Source: Eledone cirrhosa (lineage: Eukaryota). From it: a stretch of DNA of 64,000 nucleotides. Below, piece after piece: positions 26,701-42,483 of this stretch; within the stretch, counting starts at the first letter, position 1; the number at the start of each line of letters is the position of its first letter. The DNA is taken from NCBI GenBank assembly GCA_964016885.1, contig OZ024744.1, positions 35,464,001-35,528,000 on the forward strand, written 5' to 3'. The notes beneath the pieces are model-generated. The model was given only the letters and a program-made list of their open reading frames with translations, made no database searches and had not been told where the DNA came from. The translations under genes were made by a program, and so were the position numbers.

Positions 26701-29700
26701 CACACACATACATGTATACACACATGTACACACACATACATGTACACATACATGTACTCACACATACATGTACTCACACATAGATGTACACACACATACA
26801 TGTACACACACATGTACACACATACATGTATTCACACACACATGTGCACACATACATGTATTCACACATACATGTACACACACATACATGTACACACACA
26901 TACATGACCTCACACATACATGTACAGACACATACATGCACACATACATACATGTACTCACAGATACATGTACTCACACATACATGTACACACACATACA
27001 TGTACACACACATACATGTACTCACACATGCATGTACACACACATACATGTACACACACATACATGTACTCACACATACATATACACACACATACATATA
27101 CACACACATACATGTACACACACATACATGTACTCACACATACATGTACACGCACATGTACACACACATACATGTACACACACATACATTTACAAACACT
27201 TACATGTACACACACATACATGTACTCACACATACATGTACTCACACATACATGTACACACACTTACATGTACACACACTTACATGTACACACACATACA
27301 TGTACTCACACATACATGTACACACACATACATGTACACATACATATATGTACACACACATACATGTACACACACATACATATACACACACATACATGTA
27401 CACACACATAGATGTACTCACACATACATGTACACGCACATGTACACACACATACATATACACACACATACATATACACACACATACATGTACTCACACA
27501 TACATGTACTCACACATACATGTACACACACATAATGTACTCACACATACATTTACACACACTTACATGTACTCACACATACATGTGCACACACATGTAC
27601 ACACACATACATGTACACACACATACATTTACACACACTTACATGTACACACACATACATGTACTCACACATACATGTACACACACATACATGTACACAC
27701 ACATGTACACACACATGTACACACACATACATGTACAAACACATACATGTACAGACATATACATGTACACACACACATGTATACACACATACATGTACAT
27801 ACATGTACACATACATGTACTTACATGTACACATACATGTACACACACATACATGTACTTACACATACATGTACACACACATACATGTACTCACACATAC
27901 ATGTACACACACATACATGTACTCACACATACATGGACTCACACATACATGTACACACACTTACATGTACACACACATACATTTACACACACATGCATGT
28001 ACACAAACATACATGTACACACACTTACATGTATACACATATACACGTACTCACACATACATGTACTCACACATACATGTACACACACATACATGTACAC
28101 ACACATACATGTGCACACACATACATGTACACACACATACATGTACACACACATGCATGTACTCACACATACATGTACACACACTTACATGTACACGCAC
28201 ATACATGTACACACACATACATGTACTCACACATACATGTACCTGACACATACATGTACACACACATACATGTACACACACATACATGTACACACACATA
28301 CATTTACACACACATACATGTACTCACACATACATGTACACACACATACATGTACACACACATACATGTACTCACACATACATGTACACACACATACATG
28401 TAATCACATATATGTACACACACATACATGTACACACACATACATGTACACACACAGATATGTACACACACATACATGTACTCACACATACATGTACATA
28501 CATGTACACATACATGTACTCACACATACATGTACACACACATACATGTACACACACACATGTACTCACACATACATGTACTCACACATACATGTACACA
28601 CACATACATGTAATCACATACATGTACACACATACATGTACTCACACATACATGTACACACACATACATGTACACATACATACATGTACTCATACATACA
28701 TGTACACACACATACATGTACTCACACATACATGTACACACACATACATGTACACACACATTCATGTACACATACATACATGTACACACACATACATGTA
28801 CACACACATACATGTACACACACATACATGTACTCACACATACATGTACACACACATACATGTACACATACATATATGTACACACACATACATGTACACA
28901 CACATACATATACACACACATACATGTACACACACATAGATGTACTCACACATACATGTACACACACTTACATGTACACACACTTACATGTACACACACA
29001 TACATGTACTCACACATACATGTACACACACATACATGTACACATACATATATGTACACACACATACATGTACACACACATACATATACACACACATACA
29101 TGTACACACACATAGATGTACTCACACATACATGTACACACACATGTACACACACATACATATACACACACATACATATACACACACATACATGTACTCA
29201 CACATACATGTACTCACACATACATGTACACACACATAATGTACTCACACATACATTTACACACACTTACATGTACTCACTCATACATGTACACACACAT
29301 GTACACACACATACATGTACACACACATACATTTACACACACTTACATGTACACACACATACATGTACACACACTTACATGTACACACACTTACATGTAC
29401 ACACACATACATGTACACACACATACATGTACACACATACATGTTCTCACACATACATGTACACATACATGTACTCACACATACATGTACACACACATAC
29501 ATGTACACACACATGTACACACACATACATGTACAAACACATACATGTACAGACATATACATGTACACACACACATGTATACACACATACATGTACATAC
29601 ATGTACACATACATGTACTTACATGTACACATACATGTACACACACATACATGTACTTACACATACATGTACACACAGACATTTACACACACATACATGT

Positions 29701-32700
29701 ACACACACATACATGTACTCACACATACATGTACCACACATACATGTACACACACATACATGTACACACATATACATGTACTCACACATACATGTACTCA
29801 CACATACATGTACTCACACAGACATGTACACACACATACATGTACACACAAACATGTACTCACACATACATGTACACACACATACATGTACTCACACATA
29901 CATGTACTCACACATACATGTACTCACACATACATGTACACACACTTACATGTACACACACATACATGTACACACACATACATGTACACACACATACATG
30001 TACTCACACATACATGTACTCACACATACATGTACTTACACATACATGTACACACACATACATGTACTCACACATACATGTACACACACATACATGTACT
30101 CACACATACATGTACTCACACATACATGTACACACACTTACATGTACACACACTTACATGTACACACACATACATTTACACACACATGCATGTACACAAA
30201 CATACATGTACACACACTTACATGTACACACACATACATGTACACACACATACATGTACTCACACATACATGTACCTGACACATACATGTACACACACAT
30301 ACATGTACTCACACATACATGTAATCACACATACATGTACACACACTTACATGTACACACACATACATTTACACACACATGCATGTACACAAACATACAT
30401 GTACACACACATACATGTACACACACATACATGTACACACACATACATTTACACACACATACATGTACTCACACATACATGTACACACACATAAATGTAC
30501 ACACACATACATGTACTCACACATACATGTACACACACATACATGTAATCACATATATGTACACACACATACATGTACACACACATACATGTACACACAC
30601 AGACATGTACACACACATACATGTACTCACACATACATGTACATACATGTACACATACATGTACTTAGATGTACACATACATGTACACACACATACATGT
30701 ACTTACACATACATGTACGCACAGACATTTACACACACATACATGTACACACACATACATGTACTCACACATACATGTACACACACATACATGTACACAC
30801 ACATACATGTACACACACATACATGTACTCACACATACATGTACACACACATACATGTACACACACATACATTTACACACACATACATGTACTCACACAT
30901 ACATGTACACACACATACATGTACTCACACATACATGTACACACACATACATGTAATCACATATATGTACACACACATACATGTACACACACATACATGT
31001 ACACACACAGACATGTACACACACATACATGTACTCACACATACATGTACATACATGTACACATACATGTACTTAGATGTACACATACATGTACACACAC
31101 ATACATGTACTTACACATACATGTACGCACAGACATTTACACACACATACATGTACACACACATACATGTACTCACACATACATGTACCACACATACATG
31201 TACACACATACATGTACACACATATACATGTACTCACACAGACATGTACACACACATACATGTACACACACATACATGTAATCACATATATGTACACACA
31301 CATACATGTACACACACATACATGTACACACACAGACATGTACACACACATACATGTACTCACACATACATGTACACACACATACATGTACACACACATA
31401 CATGTACTCACACATACATGTACACACACATACATGTACTCACACATACATGTACCACACATACATGTACACACACATACATGTACACACATATACATGT
31501 ACTCACACATACATGTACTCACACATACATGTACTCACACAGACATGTACACACACATACATGTACACACACAGACATGTACATACACATACATGTACTC
31601 ACACATACATGTACATGCATACATGTACACACACATACATGTACACACACACATGTACTCACACATACATGTACTCACACATACATGTACACACACATAC
31701 ATGTAATCACATACATGTACACACATACATGTACACATACATACATGTACTAATACATACATGTACACACACATACATGTACTCACACATACATGTACTC
31801 ACACATACATGTACACACACATACATGTACACACACATTCATGTACACATACATATATGTACTCACATACATGTATTCACACATACATGTACTCACACAT
31901 ACATGTACACACATACATTTACACACACATACATTTACACACACATATATGTACTCATATACATGTACATACATGTACTCACACATACATGTACACACAC
32001 ATACAGGTACACACATACATGTACTCACACATACATGTACACACACATACATGTACTCACACATACATGTACACACACATACATGTACTCACACATACAT
32101 GTACACACACACATATACTCACACATACATGTACACACACATACTTGTACTCACACACACATGTACTCACACATACATGTACACACACATACATGTACAC
32201 ACACTTACATGAACACACACATACATGTACACGCACATACATTTACACACACATACATGTACACACACTTACATGTACACACACTTACATGTACACACAC
32301 ATACATGCACCAACGCACACATGTACACACACATACATGTACACACATACATGTACACACACATACATGTACACACACATACATGTACACACACAGATGT
32401 ACACACATAGATGTACACATACATACATGTATACACACACATGTACACACATACATGTATTCACACATACATGTACACACACATACATGTACACACACAT
32501 ACATGTACACACATACATGTACACACACATACATGTACTCACACATACATGTACTCACACATACATGTACTCACACATACATGTACACACACATACATGT
32601 ACTCACACATACATGTACACACACATACATGTACTCACACATACATGTACTCACACATACATGTACTCACACTTACATGTACACACACATACATGTACTC

Positions 32701-34555
32701 ACACATACATGTACTCACACATACATGTACACACAGATACATGTACACACACTTACATGTACACACACATACATGGACACACACATACATTTACACACAC
32801 ATACATGTACACACACATACATGTACACACACATACATGTACACACACATACATGTACACACACATACATGTACACACATACATGTACACACACATACAT
32901 GTACTCACACATACATGTACTCACACATACATGTACTCACACATACATGTACACACACATACATGTACTCACACATACATGTACACACACATACATGTAC
33001 TCACACATACATGTACTCACACTTACATGTACACACACATACATGTACTCACACATACATGTACACACACATACATGTAATCACATACATGTACACACAC
33101 ATACATGTACTCACACTTACATGTACACACACATACATGTACTCACACATACATGTACACACACATACATGTAATCACATACATGTACTCACACATACAT
33201 GTACACACACTTACATGTACACACACATACATGTATACACAGATACATGTACACACACATACATGTACTCACACATACATGTACTCACACATACATGTAC
33301 ACACACATACATGAAACACACATACATGTACTCACACATACATGTACACACACATACATGTACACACACATACATGTACACACACATACATGTACACACA
33401 CATACATGTACACACACAGACATGTACACACACATGCATGTACTCACACATACATGTACACACACACTTACATGTACACACACATACATGTACACACACA
33501 TACATGTACACACACAAACATGTACACACACATACATGTACATACACTTACATGTACACACACATACATGTACACACACATACATTTACACACACATACA
33601 TGTACACAAACATACATGTACTCACACATACATGTACACACACATACATGTACTCACACATACATGTACCTCACACATACATGTACACACACATACATGT
33701 ACACACACTTACATGTACACACACTTACATGTACACACACATACATTTACACACACATACATGTACTCACACATACATGTACACACACATACATTTACAC
33801 ACACATACATTTACACACACATACATGTACTCACACATACATGTACACACACATACATGTACACACACATACATGTACACACACTTACATGTACACACAC
33901 ATACATGTACACACACATACATGTACACACACATAAATGTACACACACATACATGTACATGCACATACATGTACACACACTTACATGTACACACACATAC
34001 ATGTACACACACATACATGTACACACACATACATGTACACACACATACATGTACACACACATACATGTACACACACTTACATGTACACACACATACATGT
34101 ACACACACATACATTTACACACACATACATGTACTCACACATACATGTACACACACATACATGTACACACACATACATGTACACACACATACATGTACAC
34201 ACACATACATGTACACACACATACATGCACACACACAGACATGCACACACACATGCATGTACTCACACATACATGTACACACACATACATGTACACACAC
34301 ATACATGTACACACACATACATGTACACACACATACATGTACACACACTTACATGTACACACACATACATGTACACACACATACATTTACACACACATAC
34401 ATGTACACAAACATACATGTAGTCACACATACATGTACACACACATACATGTACTCACACATACATGTACTCACACATACATGTACACACACATACATGT
34501 ACACACACTTACATGTACACACACTTACATGTACACACACATACATGTAAACACA
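23757..34555. repeat. ~10.8 kb satellite of a 16-bp unit (CATACATGTACACACA, variant ..GTACTCACA)
   Basis: direct inspection; source of all HTHTCT/MCVYM ORFs. Confidence 0.97.
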
Positions 34556-35472
34556 TATAACCACATATACTCATATAAAACATATGCAATATATATGTAT
34601 CCACAAATACATATATGTAATATGCTCTATGCATGCAATTACATATAACATATACACGCAAATATACAGCTTACACATGCAAACAACAGATGCATACAGA
34701 TAACAGTCACAACATACATGAACACACACACACGTATGCACTACAAACATACACTGTGCGCATACACTCAAAATATGCACATAAAAACACACAATGTGCA
34801 CATACGCACACAATATACACACACACAATGTGCACTTATGCACACAATGTACACATACACACACAATGTGCACATACACACACAATGTACACATACACAC
34901 TCAATGTATGCATGCACACATATACAACACAATGCACTATATATAACACACTATTTAACATAAAAAAATATGATGATGGATCTTCCACCTAAATGTTTGA
35001 ACAACTCAATGTGCAGCTCATCTAAGTGGATGAGTATCCCACAGTCATGTGTATCCTTATTGTAATTCTGAAGCTGATTCAGCTTAACACCAATATGTGA
35101 CATGGCTGTACATTTGAATTACACGTACAATTAATCTGATGGGCTTCCACAGTTTCTGTCTACCAAATTTCACTCACATGGCTTCAGTTGACTCCACAGT
35201 CTAGTGATTTGGTCAAGATGTCATGTCAAGGAGTTGGTTTGAACCTGGGACCTTATGATTTAGAAGAATAACTGTTTAACTGTTTGGCCATGCTGCATCC
35301 ACAATATACATATACACATACACACACTGTATGCATACACTCAATATAACAGTACTCAATATAAAGTACCAGTAATGTACTGGGATAATTGCTTGCCTTG
35401 TACCAAAACAATTATATAATGTTGCATACTGTTGTATTTAATAAATGCCATTTTAATTTTTTTTTTTATTAG

Positions 35473-35558
35473 TTTTACAGGAAGTTGAACCAGCAGAAGG
35501 ACGGCTTGAATTTTTAGTGTACCTCAGTGATATCGAACAAGAAAATAAGTCTCTTCAG
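35473..35558 (+). CDS. putative host-gene exon (acceptor at 35472 or 35480), continuation of the PDZ-like domain
   Basis: long poly-T tract + AG, CAG|GTAATA donor; only one open frame: (I)LQEVEPAEGRLEFLVYLSDIEQENKSLQ; using AG 35471-72 it joins exon 18390-18533 in frame. Confidence 0.6.
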
Positions 35559-35595
35559 GTAATATTCATATTTATCTCATTGTTGGCAATCCCAT

Positions 35596-35626
<31 letters not shown>

Positions 35627-35632
35627 GGGGGG
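35596..35632 (+). repeat. (TG)n followed by a ~23 nt poly-G run
   Basis: direct inspection. Confidence 0.85.
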
Positions 35633-37020
35633 ATTGCCTTGCAGCTTTATGGGCTTGCTGTTCATTTTTACTTAAATGCATGTATACATACATACATAGA
35701 TACATACATACGCACTGGGGTATGTTAGTAACTGCCTCAATACAAATCTTGAGAAGCTAGGCTTCACAGGAACAGAAAGAACACAACTAGTTAGGAAATT
35801 ACAAGTACAATCCATTAATGGAACAGTAAAAATATGTAAAACATTCCAAAAATGTTGCATCTAATAACACCATATACACATGTACAGATACAAAGCATAT
35901 ACACATGCACACATACAACTCAAAACATACACATCCACACATACAATAACATCCATATCTACACATGCATACATACATAATCTACCTAGTTGATGTGTAA
36001 ATTCCAATGAGAGAGTCTTGTGTCTCTGTTAGAAACCGACTCTCTCTCTATTGGTAAAACTTTGTGAAATTATAAAACCAGAAGAACATGCATATACGAC
36101 AGTCATCCATGAGCCAAAAACTATGATGTGTAAAGTGAACTTAGCCACATGCCTGTATATGTATAAATCTATATATATAAACACACACACACACACACAG
36201 TGTAGTTGAATTTCTGGCATGTTTATATACCTGCATATTAAATGTGTATATCCATAAACATTGGTGCAGTCTTGGTTACCCACTCTGTATGTATACAGAT
36301 ATAACTTCATTGTATACCCTGGCTGTTAGTGTACTTCTTAATATATATCTTAATTAATTACCAACATGAGCGCTAATTATATGCAAATTAGTATGTCCAT
36401 TTCAGAATGATACCAAGAGCAAATATGTATATAAGCCATCAAATACATGTTTCATTGTTGTTGTTTGGATGATATACATATCTTTCTGATGGGGACCCAA
36501 TTAGTTCTGAAAATTGTTTATAGCTGTTTATATTTATACAGACATTGGTGCAGTCTTGGTTACCAACTCTGTATATATGCAGATATAACTTTACAATATA
36601 TATATATATATAGTATATTTATGGTGTTATTGGGGTTTTCTCTCTCTATTAATATATATATATATATGTGTGTATGCATATATATATATATTTCTTTTAT
36701 TAGTTATACACATTAAACTAGGACCATGCAGGGGCATTGTTTTCATTGATTTCAGTTGAATAAATCAAGCCCAGTACTTTGTCTGTGTCTTGAACTTCTT
36801 TTATGTTTGCATCAAGGCAAAGTGAAATGTGTCATGTAAAAAAGAGAACTTTAAAAAAGAGAACTTAATGTATAAAAAGGGGATGTCATGCAAAAAAGAT
36901 TTTATGTATAAAAAAACTTTGTGAAGAGAGGAAATTTATATTAACCCTTTTAATACATAACTACCTTAAACTGGCCCTATTTCTAGAATACAAAACTTTA
37001 TTCTAAAATATTTATTTGAA

Positions 37021-37224
37021 TGTCGGCTGAAAAGTTCATAGGCTATAAAAAGTTCATAGGTTGACTAAGATACTCTCATGGAATGACCAAATGAGGTTTA
37101 TTTATCAACATATCCCTGGAAAGAAACAATGCAGTTATTAATAAGAAGATTTGAAATTAATACATGCAAGATTTCACATCTCTAGCTTCATTTCTTCACA
37201 ATCAACCTATGAAGTTTTCAGCTG
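37021..37224. mobile_element. mariner-like MITE
   Basis: GTCGGCTGAAAAGTTCATAGG...CCTATGAAGTTTTCAGC. Confidence 0.7.
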
Positions 37225-37258
37225 TATTAAAAATCTTTCATTATTATTGCTTTGATGC

Positions 37259-37447
37259 AGGCAGTGGATTGGCAGTATCGGTAGAGGGTCGGACACCATG
37301 CTTTGCAGCATAGAGTTACAGCCCTTTACGGTCTGAGTTCAAATCCCATCGAGGTTAACTTTGCCTTTCATCCTTACGGGGTCGATAAAATAAAGTACCA
37401 GTAATGCACTGGGTAATTGCTGGCCTTGTGCCAAAAGTAGAAACAAT
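37259..37447 (+). mobile_element. SINE family A
   Basis: full consensus match. Confidence 0.85.
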
Positions 37448-38154
37448 TTTTATTTCATGCAAGAAACTTTGTCGAGTAATATACCAAAGATCAGCTTATT
37501 GTTAAAGTACGGTGACATTTGTGCAATGTTGGTTAGAGGAATCTCTCTGAGGGGAATGGCCAACATCACCAAATACAGAAATATACCAAAGTGTATTACT
37601 GACATCTACAAACCAAACAACCATAGATGCCATTAAGCTAACGAAAAATTTTAAATGATCCAATTCAAGCAAATCTTGGCCAGATGATATATGTAAAATA
37701 AAAATAAAATAAAAAAACAACAAAGAAACAAGCAACAAAACAATGTAAAACAAATAACAAAAAGAAAAAAATACAGAAACAAAACAAAGCTGTAAATAAT
37801 CTACAGACAGGCTGACCCTGTATCAATTGTAATTGTGCGTAATTAGAAAACAAGTCTTGCAGAAGAATGATACCTTTACAAAATCGTCAGTCGCTTTAAT
37901 TAACCTGTGTGTGTGTGTGTGTGTGTGCGCACGCGCGTTTTTACAGTTCATGTATTTCAATGTTTATTTTTTAAATTGTTTTTATATATTTTATTTATAT
38001 TTTCATTGTTTTGTTTGACTAATAACTAAAGTTAACCACAAGTACTTGAAATTGTACATGCCTTGCTCAACATTATACGATATATCATTTTATCCTTTTA
38101 CTGGTGTGAGTTATTGGACTGTGATCATGTCATGCTGGGGCACTACTCTTAAAG

Positions 38155-38357
38155 GTTTAGCATTTATATTACTCTATATTCACTATTATATTTTCATGGT
38201 AAAGGCTTTTTACCTCACATAATTATCTCACATAATATCGAATTTAAGATATTTTGATATTATTTATTTTGAGAACAATACCTTAACATCAGTATGTGTG
38301 ACCGGTTACAGTCAGAATTCTGGCCAGATATGGCTAGTTTAAATGCTAAAGGGTTAA
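38155..38357. mobile_element. TTAA-ended MITE (left end clipped)
   Basis: family match; right end AATGCTAAAGGGTTAA. Confidence 0.7.
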
Positions 38358-38480
38358 AGGTTTACTCAGTCATATTATCACTAGCACTTATTATTTAAAA
38401 AAAAAATTTTTTGTAAAGACTGGTACATATTTTATTGATTACTATTTGTCAAACTGCTAAGTTATGGGTATGAACAAATA

Positions 38481-38668
38481 ACTGTTTCTACTTTTGGCAC
38501 AAGGCCAGCAATTATTCCAGTGCATTACTGGTACTTTATTTTATCGACCCCGTAAGGATGAAAGGCAAAGTTAACCTCGGCGGGATTTGAACTCAGATCA
38601 TAAAGGGAGGTAACTCTATGCTTCAAAGCATGGCGTCCGACCCTTACCGATACTGCCAATCCACCGCC
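38481..38668 (-). mobile_element. SINE family A
   Basis: reverse complement of the consensus. Confidence 0.85.
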
Positions 38669-38732
38669 CGGTATGAACAAATAACACTGGTTATTAAGCA
38701 GTATAGATGTGAACACAAACATAGCTGGACAT

Positions 38733-38777
<45 letters not shown>

Positions 38778-38922
38778 CACACACACATATGATGGACTTG
38801 TGTGCAGTTGATTATCTCGAGGTTCAAGTTGAAAACATTTGTCCAAGATGTCACACAGTGCGATACAACATAAAACTACCTGGTTGTGAAGTGAACTTCT
38901 TAACCACAAAGGCTCCCCCCCC

Positions 38923-39035
<113 letters not shown>

Positions 39036-39051
39036 TTTATTTCTCATTCTA

Positions 39052-39086
39052 TCTTCCGATGAAGGACTAGTGTCTGAAATGTAAAA
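39052..39086 (+). ncRNA. degenerate minimal hammerhead, sister of 10743
   Basis: TCTT CCGATGA A GGAC-TAGT-GTCT GAAA TG TA; flanks 39035-39170 homologous to 10724-10868. Confidence 0.5.
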
Positions 39087-39171
39087 AAAAATACATCACG
39101 CATTAAACAACTAATATATTTCTTCATTGACTGTGTTATCTGCTTTGTTTTTTCTGTTTACTTTTCGCATG

Positions 39172-39236
<65 letters not shown>

Positions 39237-39609
39237 TAATAAAATGTAGTTTGCTTGAAGCATTGTCTATAATATATAACGTTGAAAGAGATAGAAGACT
39301 AAACAATACAAAATGGACTGTAAGATGAGGTAACAAAAAGTAAGTTACCTGGTAATCTTTGTTTTGTTGTTGTCATTGTTCTTTTTTCTGTCCAATATTT
39401 CAGCCTTTAATGAACTTTCAGTGGATAATGTTCCAATTTCCTTTCTTTGGGATTGAATTTTGATTTAAATTTTTCTAAGTCGTTTTCAAGCGTTTTTTTA
39501 TGGTTATTTTGCTATTTATGAGAATGACGTCAATTGCCAATGTAGTATTTCGCAAAATCAATTTTCTTTATATATATGTATGAACATAAATAATAATATT
39601 ATATATATT

Positions 39610-39865
39610 AAGAAAAATCATAAAGTTTTGTTTACATGTATTTAGTTTACATGTATAAAAATACAGTGTATATTTTGTTGAATCACCAGTTTGAAGAGCA
39701 GATCAATAATGGTGTTGGGTCCATAACTTCTATGGGTGATCTTAAGCCAGTCCTTGGCGAAACATGTAAACGAAACTTCACCATTTTTCTGAATATATAC
39801 ACTCTACCTGTGCATTGAGTGCTCATTTTGGTACCACCACCAGTAATTCACTGAACCACTTACAC
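39610..39865 (+). mobile_element. PLE 3' remnant with degenerate hammerhead and tail
   Basis: GT TTGAAGAG..(long stem II)..C GAAA CATG TA AAC, then ACTC..TTGAGTGC tail ending in (TA)n. Confidence 0.5.
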
Positions 39866-40317
39866 TATATATATATATATATTAGCATTTTTCTTAATGT
39901 TATTCTTATACTGACTCTCCGTCGTAAATACAAACTACGAATGTAGAGAGCTTTCTCCTGTTTGCTCCTGTTTTTACCAAAGCAATCTCTACTGAACATA
40001 TATATATATATATTATAATTGAATATAAAAGAAAAACGAACATAGATATATACATATATGTGTTCAAATCGCTAAGGTGAAAAGGATACTAACTATAGAC
40101 AATAGGGTTTGCCTTACTCAATTTAAGAATAAATCAAGAAAATAAATACAAACCGGAATTGTGGTAACTACCAATCACCCAGACAGCTTTTGGTAATGCT
40201 GTTTCACAATATTAATTGTGAAAAGAAATGCCAATTCTTGCTCATCACTGGGTGAAGAATTAGTATCCTAGACACTTCTAAGTATATTAAAATTTTCCTC
40301 GATGAAGCAGGAAAAAT

Positions 40318-41070
40318 GCAGGTTTTCACCTAATGCAGGCCCTATGGGATCAAGAAAATGAATTTTTTTATGTGCAAAATATACCTTGAAATTTCGGGAA
40401 AATCGGCTAGATGTAACACCTCAAAAAAGCCCTAAAAAGCTGAAAAAATGAAGTTTTTTACCTAATGCGGGCCCTAGGCCATAAAAAAATTGGATTTTCT
40501 TTGCTCACAGTATGAAGAAGAGACTGACTAATACATAGTTACAATTTCAAGGAAATTGGTCTGACATAACGACTCAAAAAGACCCTAAAAACCTGAAAAA
40601 AACGCAGTTTTTCAACTAATGCGGGCCCTAGGGTATCAAAAGGTTGAATTTTATGTGCATAGTACTCCCTGAAACATAAGTAATACACATGTAAAGTTTG
40701 AAAAAAGTCGATTGGGTACTTTTCGAGTTTTAGGGATTCAAACTCACACACACACACACACACAGACAGACATCCTCAGGGAAGTGACGTAATGCAGACA
40801 GTCAGACATACAGACAGATATTATAAGGGTGCAACGTTATATGTATGTATCTATCTAAAAAGAGAAAGACTAAGAATTATAGAGAGAGATCGCTAAATGG
40901 CCTAATGTGGTCCCTAGGGCATTGAAATTTCTTTTTCTCAGAACACTCCCTGAAACATAAGTATTACATGTGTAAAGTTTGAAAACAGTCGGTTGGGTGG
41001 TTCTCGAGTTTTAGAGACTCAAACTCACACACACACACACACAGACATCCTCAGTTTTATATATATAGAT
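40318..41070 (+). mobile_element. non-autonomous Helitron/Helentron-like repeats (TAATGCGGGCCCTAGG subrepeats; (CA)n-CAGACATCCTCAG..TATATATAGAT ends)
   Basis: repeated modules at ~40330, 40464, 40617, 40903; AAAGTTTGAAAA..TCGGTTGG..TCGAGTTTTAG end motif twice. Confidence 0.55.
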
Positions 41071-41289
41071 AATATACAGCTCGGTAAAATCTCTTTCCTA
41101 GAGCTATTTTATTGTAAGAGACTATTTTGAGTTTCTAACTCAATATATACCTTTGATATATATATATATATATATATAGAATGATTCAAATATGTTAGAA
41201 TTTTGTGTTTCTCAATAAGCAAGCTCAATAGGTGACCCTACCAGGAAATAGTTTTCCAGACGGCATAGCTCCAACACCTGCACCAACAT

Positions 41290-41556
41290 CTATTGCACCT
41301 CTTTGTAGACGATATTGCGTGTCATCCCTTGAGGAGTGTAAGAAAAAAGTCCATTCCTGCTCCCTACGCGGGAACAGACAACATAAAGTTGGCTATGGGA
41401 GAAGCATAGCTACCTCAAATGGATGCCTGCCACCGACAATGTTTGCCCTTGTGACTTGTAAATGGACATGGCAAAACATGGTCTCACCGGGAATTGGGAT
41501 TGCCGGAAATCGAACGGGATATCTGATGCTGAGGGGAATAGGTTCATCCTTGGCAG
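41290..41556 (-). pseudogene. Helitron RepHel PIF1-helicase C-terminal fragment
   Basis: minus strand: LPRMNLFPSASDIPFDFRQSQFPVRPCFAMSIYKSQGQTLSVAGIHLR*LCFSHSQLYVVCSRVG..TRNIVYKEVQ*; PIF1 motifs KSQGQT and QLYV..SRV; one internal stop. Confidence 0.85.
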
Positions 41557-41780
41557 CGTATTTGGCAGAATTGCCAGAAGTACAACACTATGGGTGTTGT
41601 CATATTAATATTTAAACAATTAAAGTTGTAAAAAATAAATAATTTAAACATTCCAATTCATATGTCTATAGTATTAATCTGTTATATGAAGTGTTATTTT
41701 GCGGGTTGTTATTTGCAATAAGCCGATTTAAAATGCCCCAGAAAAGCCGTATGTCAGTACGGAACTCCAATGACTCCCCC

Positions 41781-42165
41781 AGCAGTTACATTATAGAGAG
41801 GAGGAATAATCTAAGAAACTATAGGGAGGTGTGTCAAACAGTGTTGTCATATAGAGAGTGAAGAGCGACAGAGAGAGTAAAGCAGTTAAATTATAGAGAG
41901 GGGGAATAATCTAAGAAACTATAGGGAGGTGTGTCAAACAGTGTTGTCATATAGAGAGTGAAGAGCGACAGAGAGAGTAAAGCAGTTAAATTATAGAGAG
42001 GGGGAATAATCTATTATAGAGAGAGGGAAGAGCGATGGAGAAAGTAAAGCTAAGAATCTATAAGGAGGTGTGTTAAACCTCAAAGCATGAAGAGAGTAAA
42101 GCAGTTAAATTATAGAGAGGGGGAATAATCTATTATAGAGAGAGGGAAGAGCGATGGCGAGAGTG
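41781..42165 (+). repeat. tandem ~100-bp and shorter purine-rich repeats inside a Helitron-like element ending ~42495
   Basis: AGCAGTTAAATTATAGAGAGGGGGAATAATCTA.. repeated 4 times. Confidence 0.8.
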
Positions 42166-42483
42166 TTATGACTATGTTTGTTGTTGTATAAAATGATGTG
42201 TTGCTTAGTTTTCAAAGTTTATGTCGCGTTCCTGAATGAAGTTTTGTCGCTGTTGGGTAGTAGAGAGAGTGAATAAGCGTGTAAAAGAGAGGGTTACAGC
42301 ATATATTTAGTTTTATCGATTTTTTTCATAGAAGCAGGAAATCTTTGGCAAAGTTTATTACGCGTTGACCATCGGTTGGTAAATTTGGAGCACATTGGAA
42401 AAAAAATCATCAAAATCGGTAGAGAAATGTGGAAATGCATAAAAATCATACACACACACAGACACACAGACATCTTCCGTTTT

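Noticed and set aside
23703-34992. Dozens of long His/Thr/Tyr/Met/Cys-rich ORFs (up to 812 aa)
   Set aside because: Translations of the 16-bp satellite, open in most frames on both strands; no coding signal
36486-36520. CTGATGG GGAC..GTTCT GAAA hammerhead-like motif
   Set aside because: Core mismatch and weak stems; too degenerate to call
41232-41615. 127-aa + strand ORF
   Set aside because: Antisense shadow of the Helitron helicase fragment
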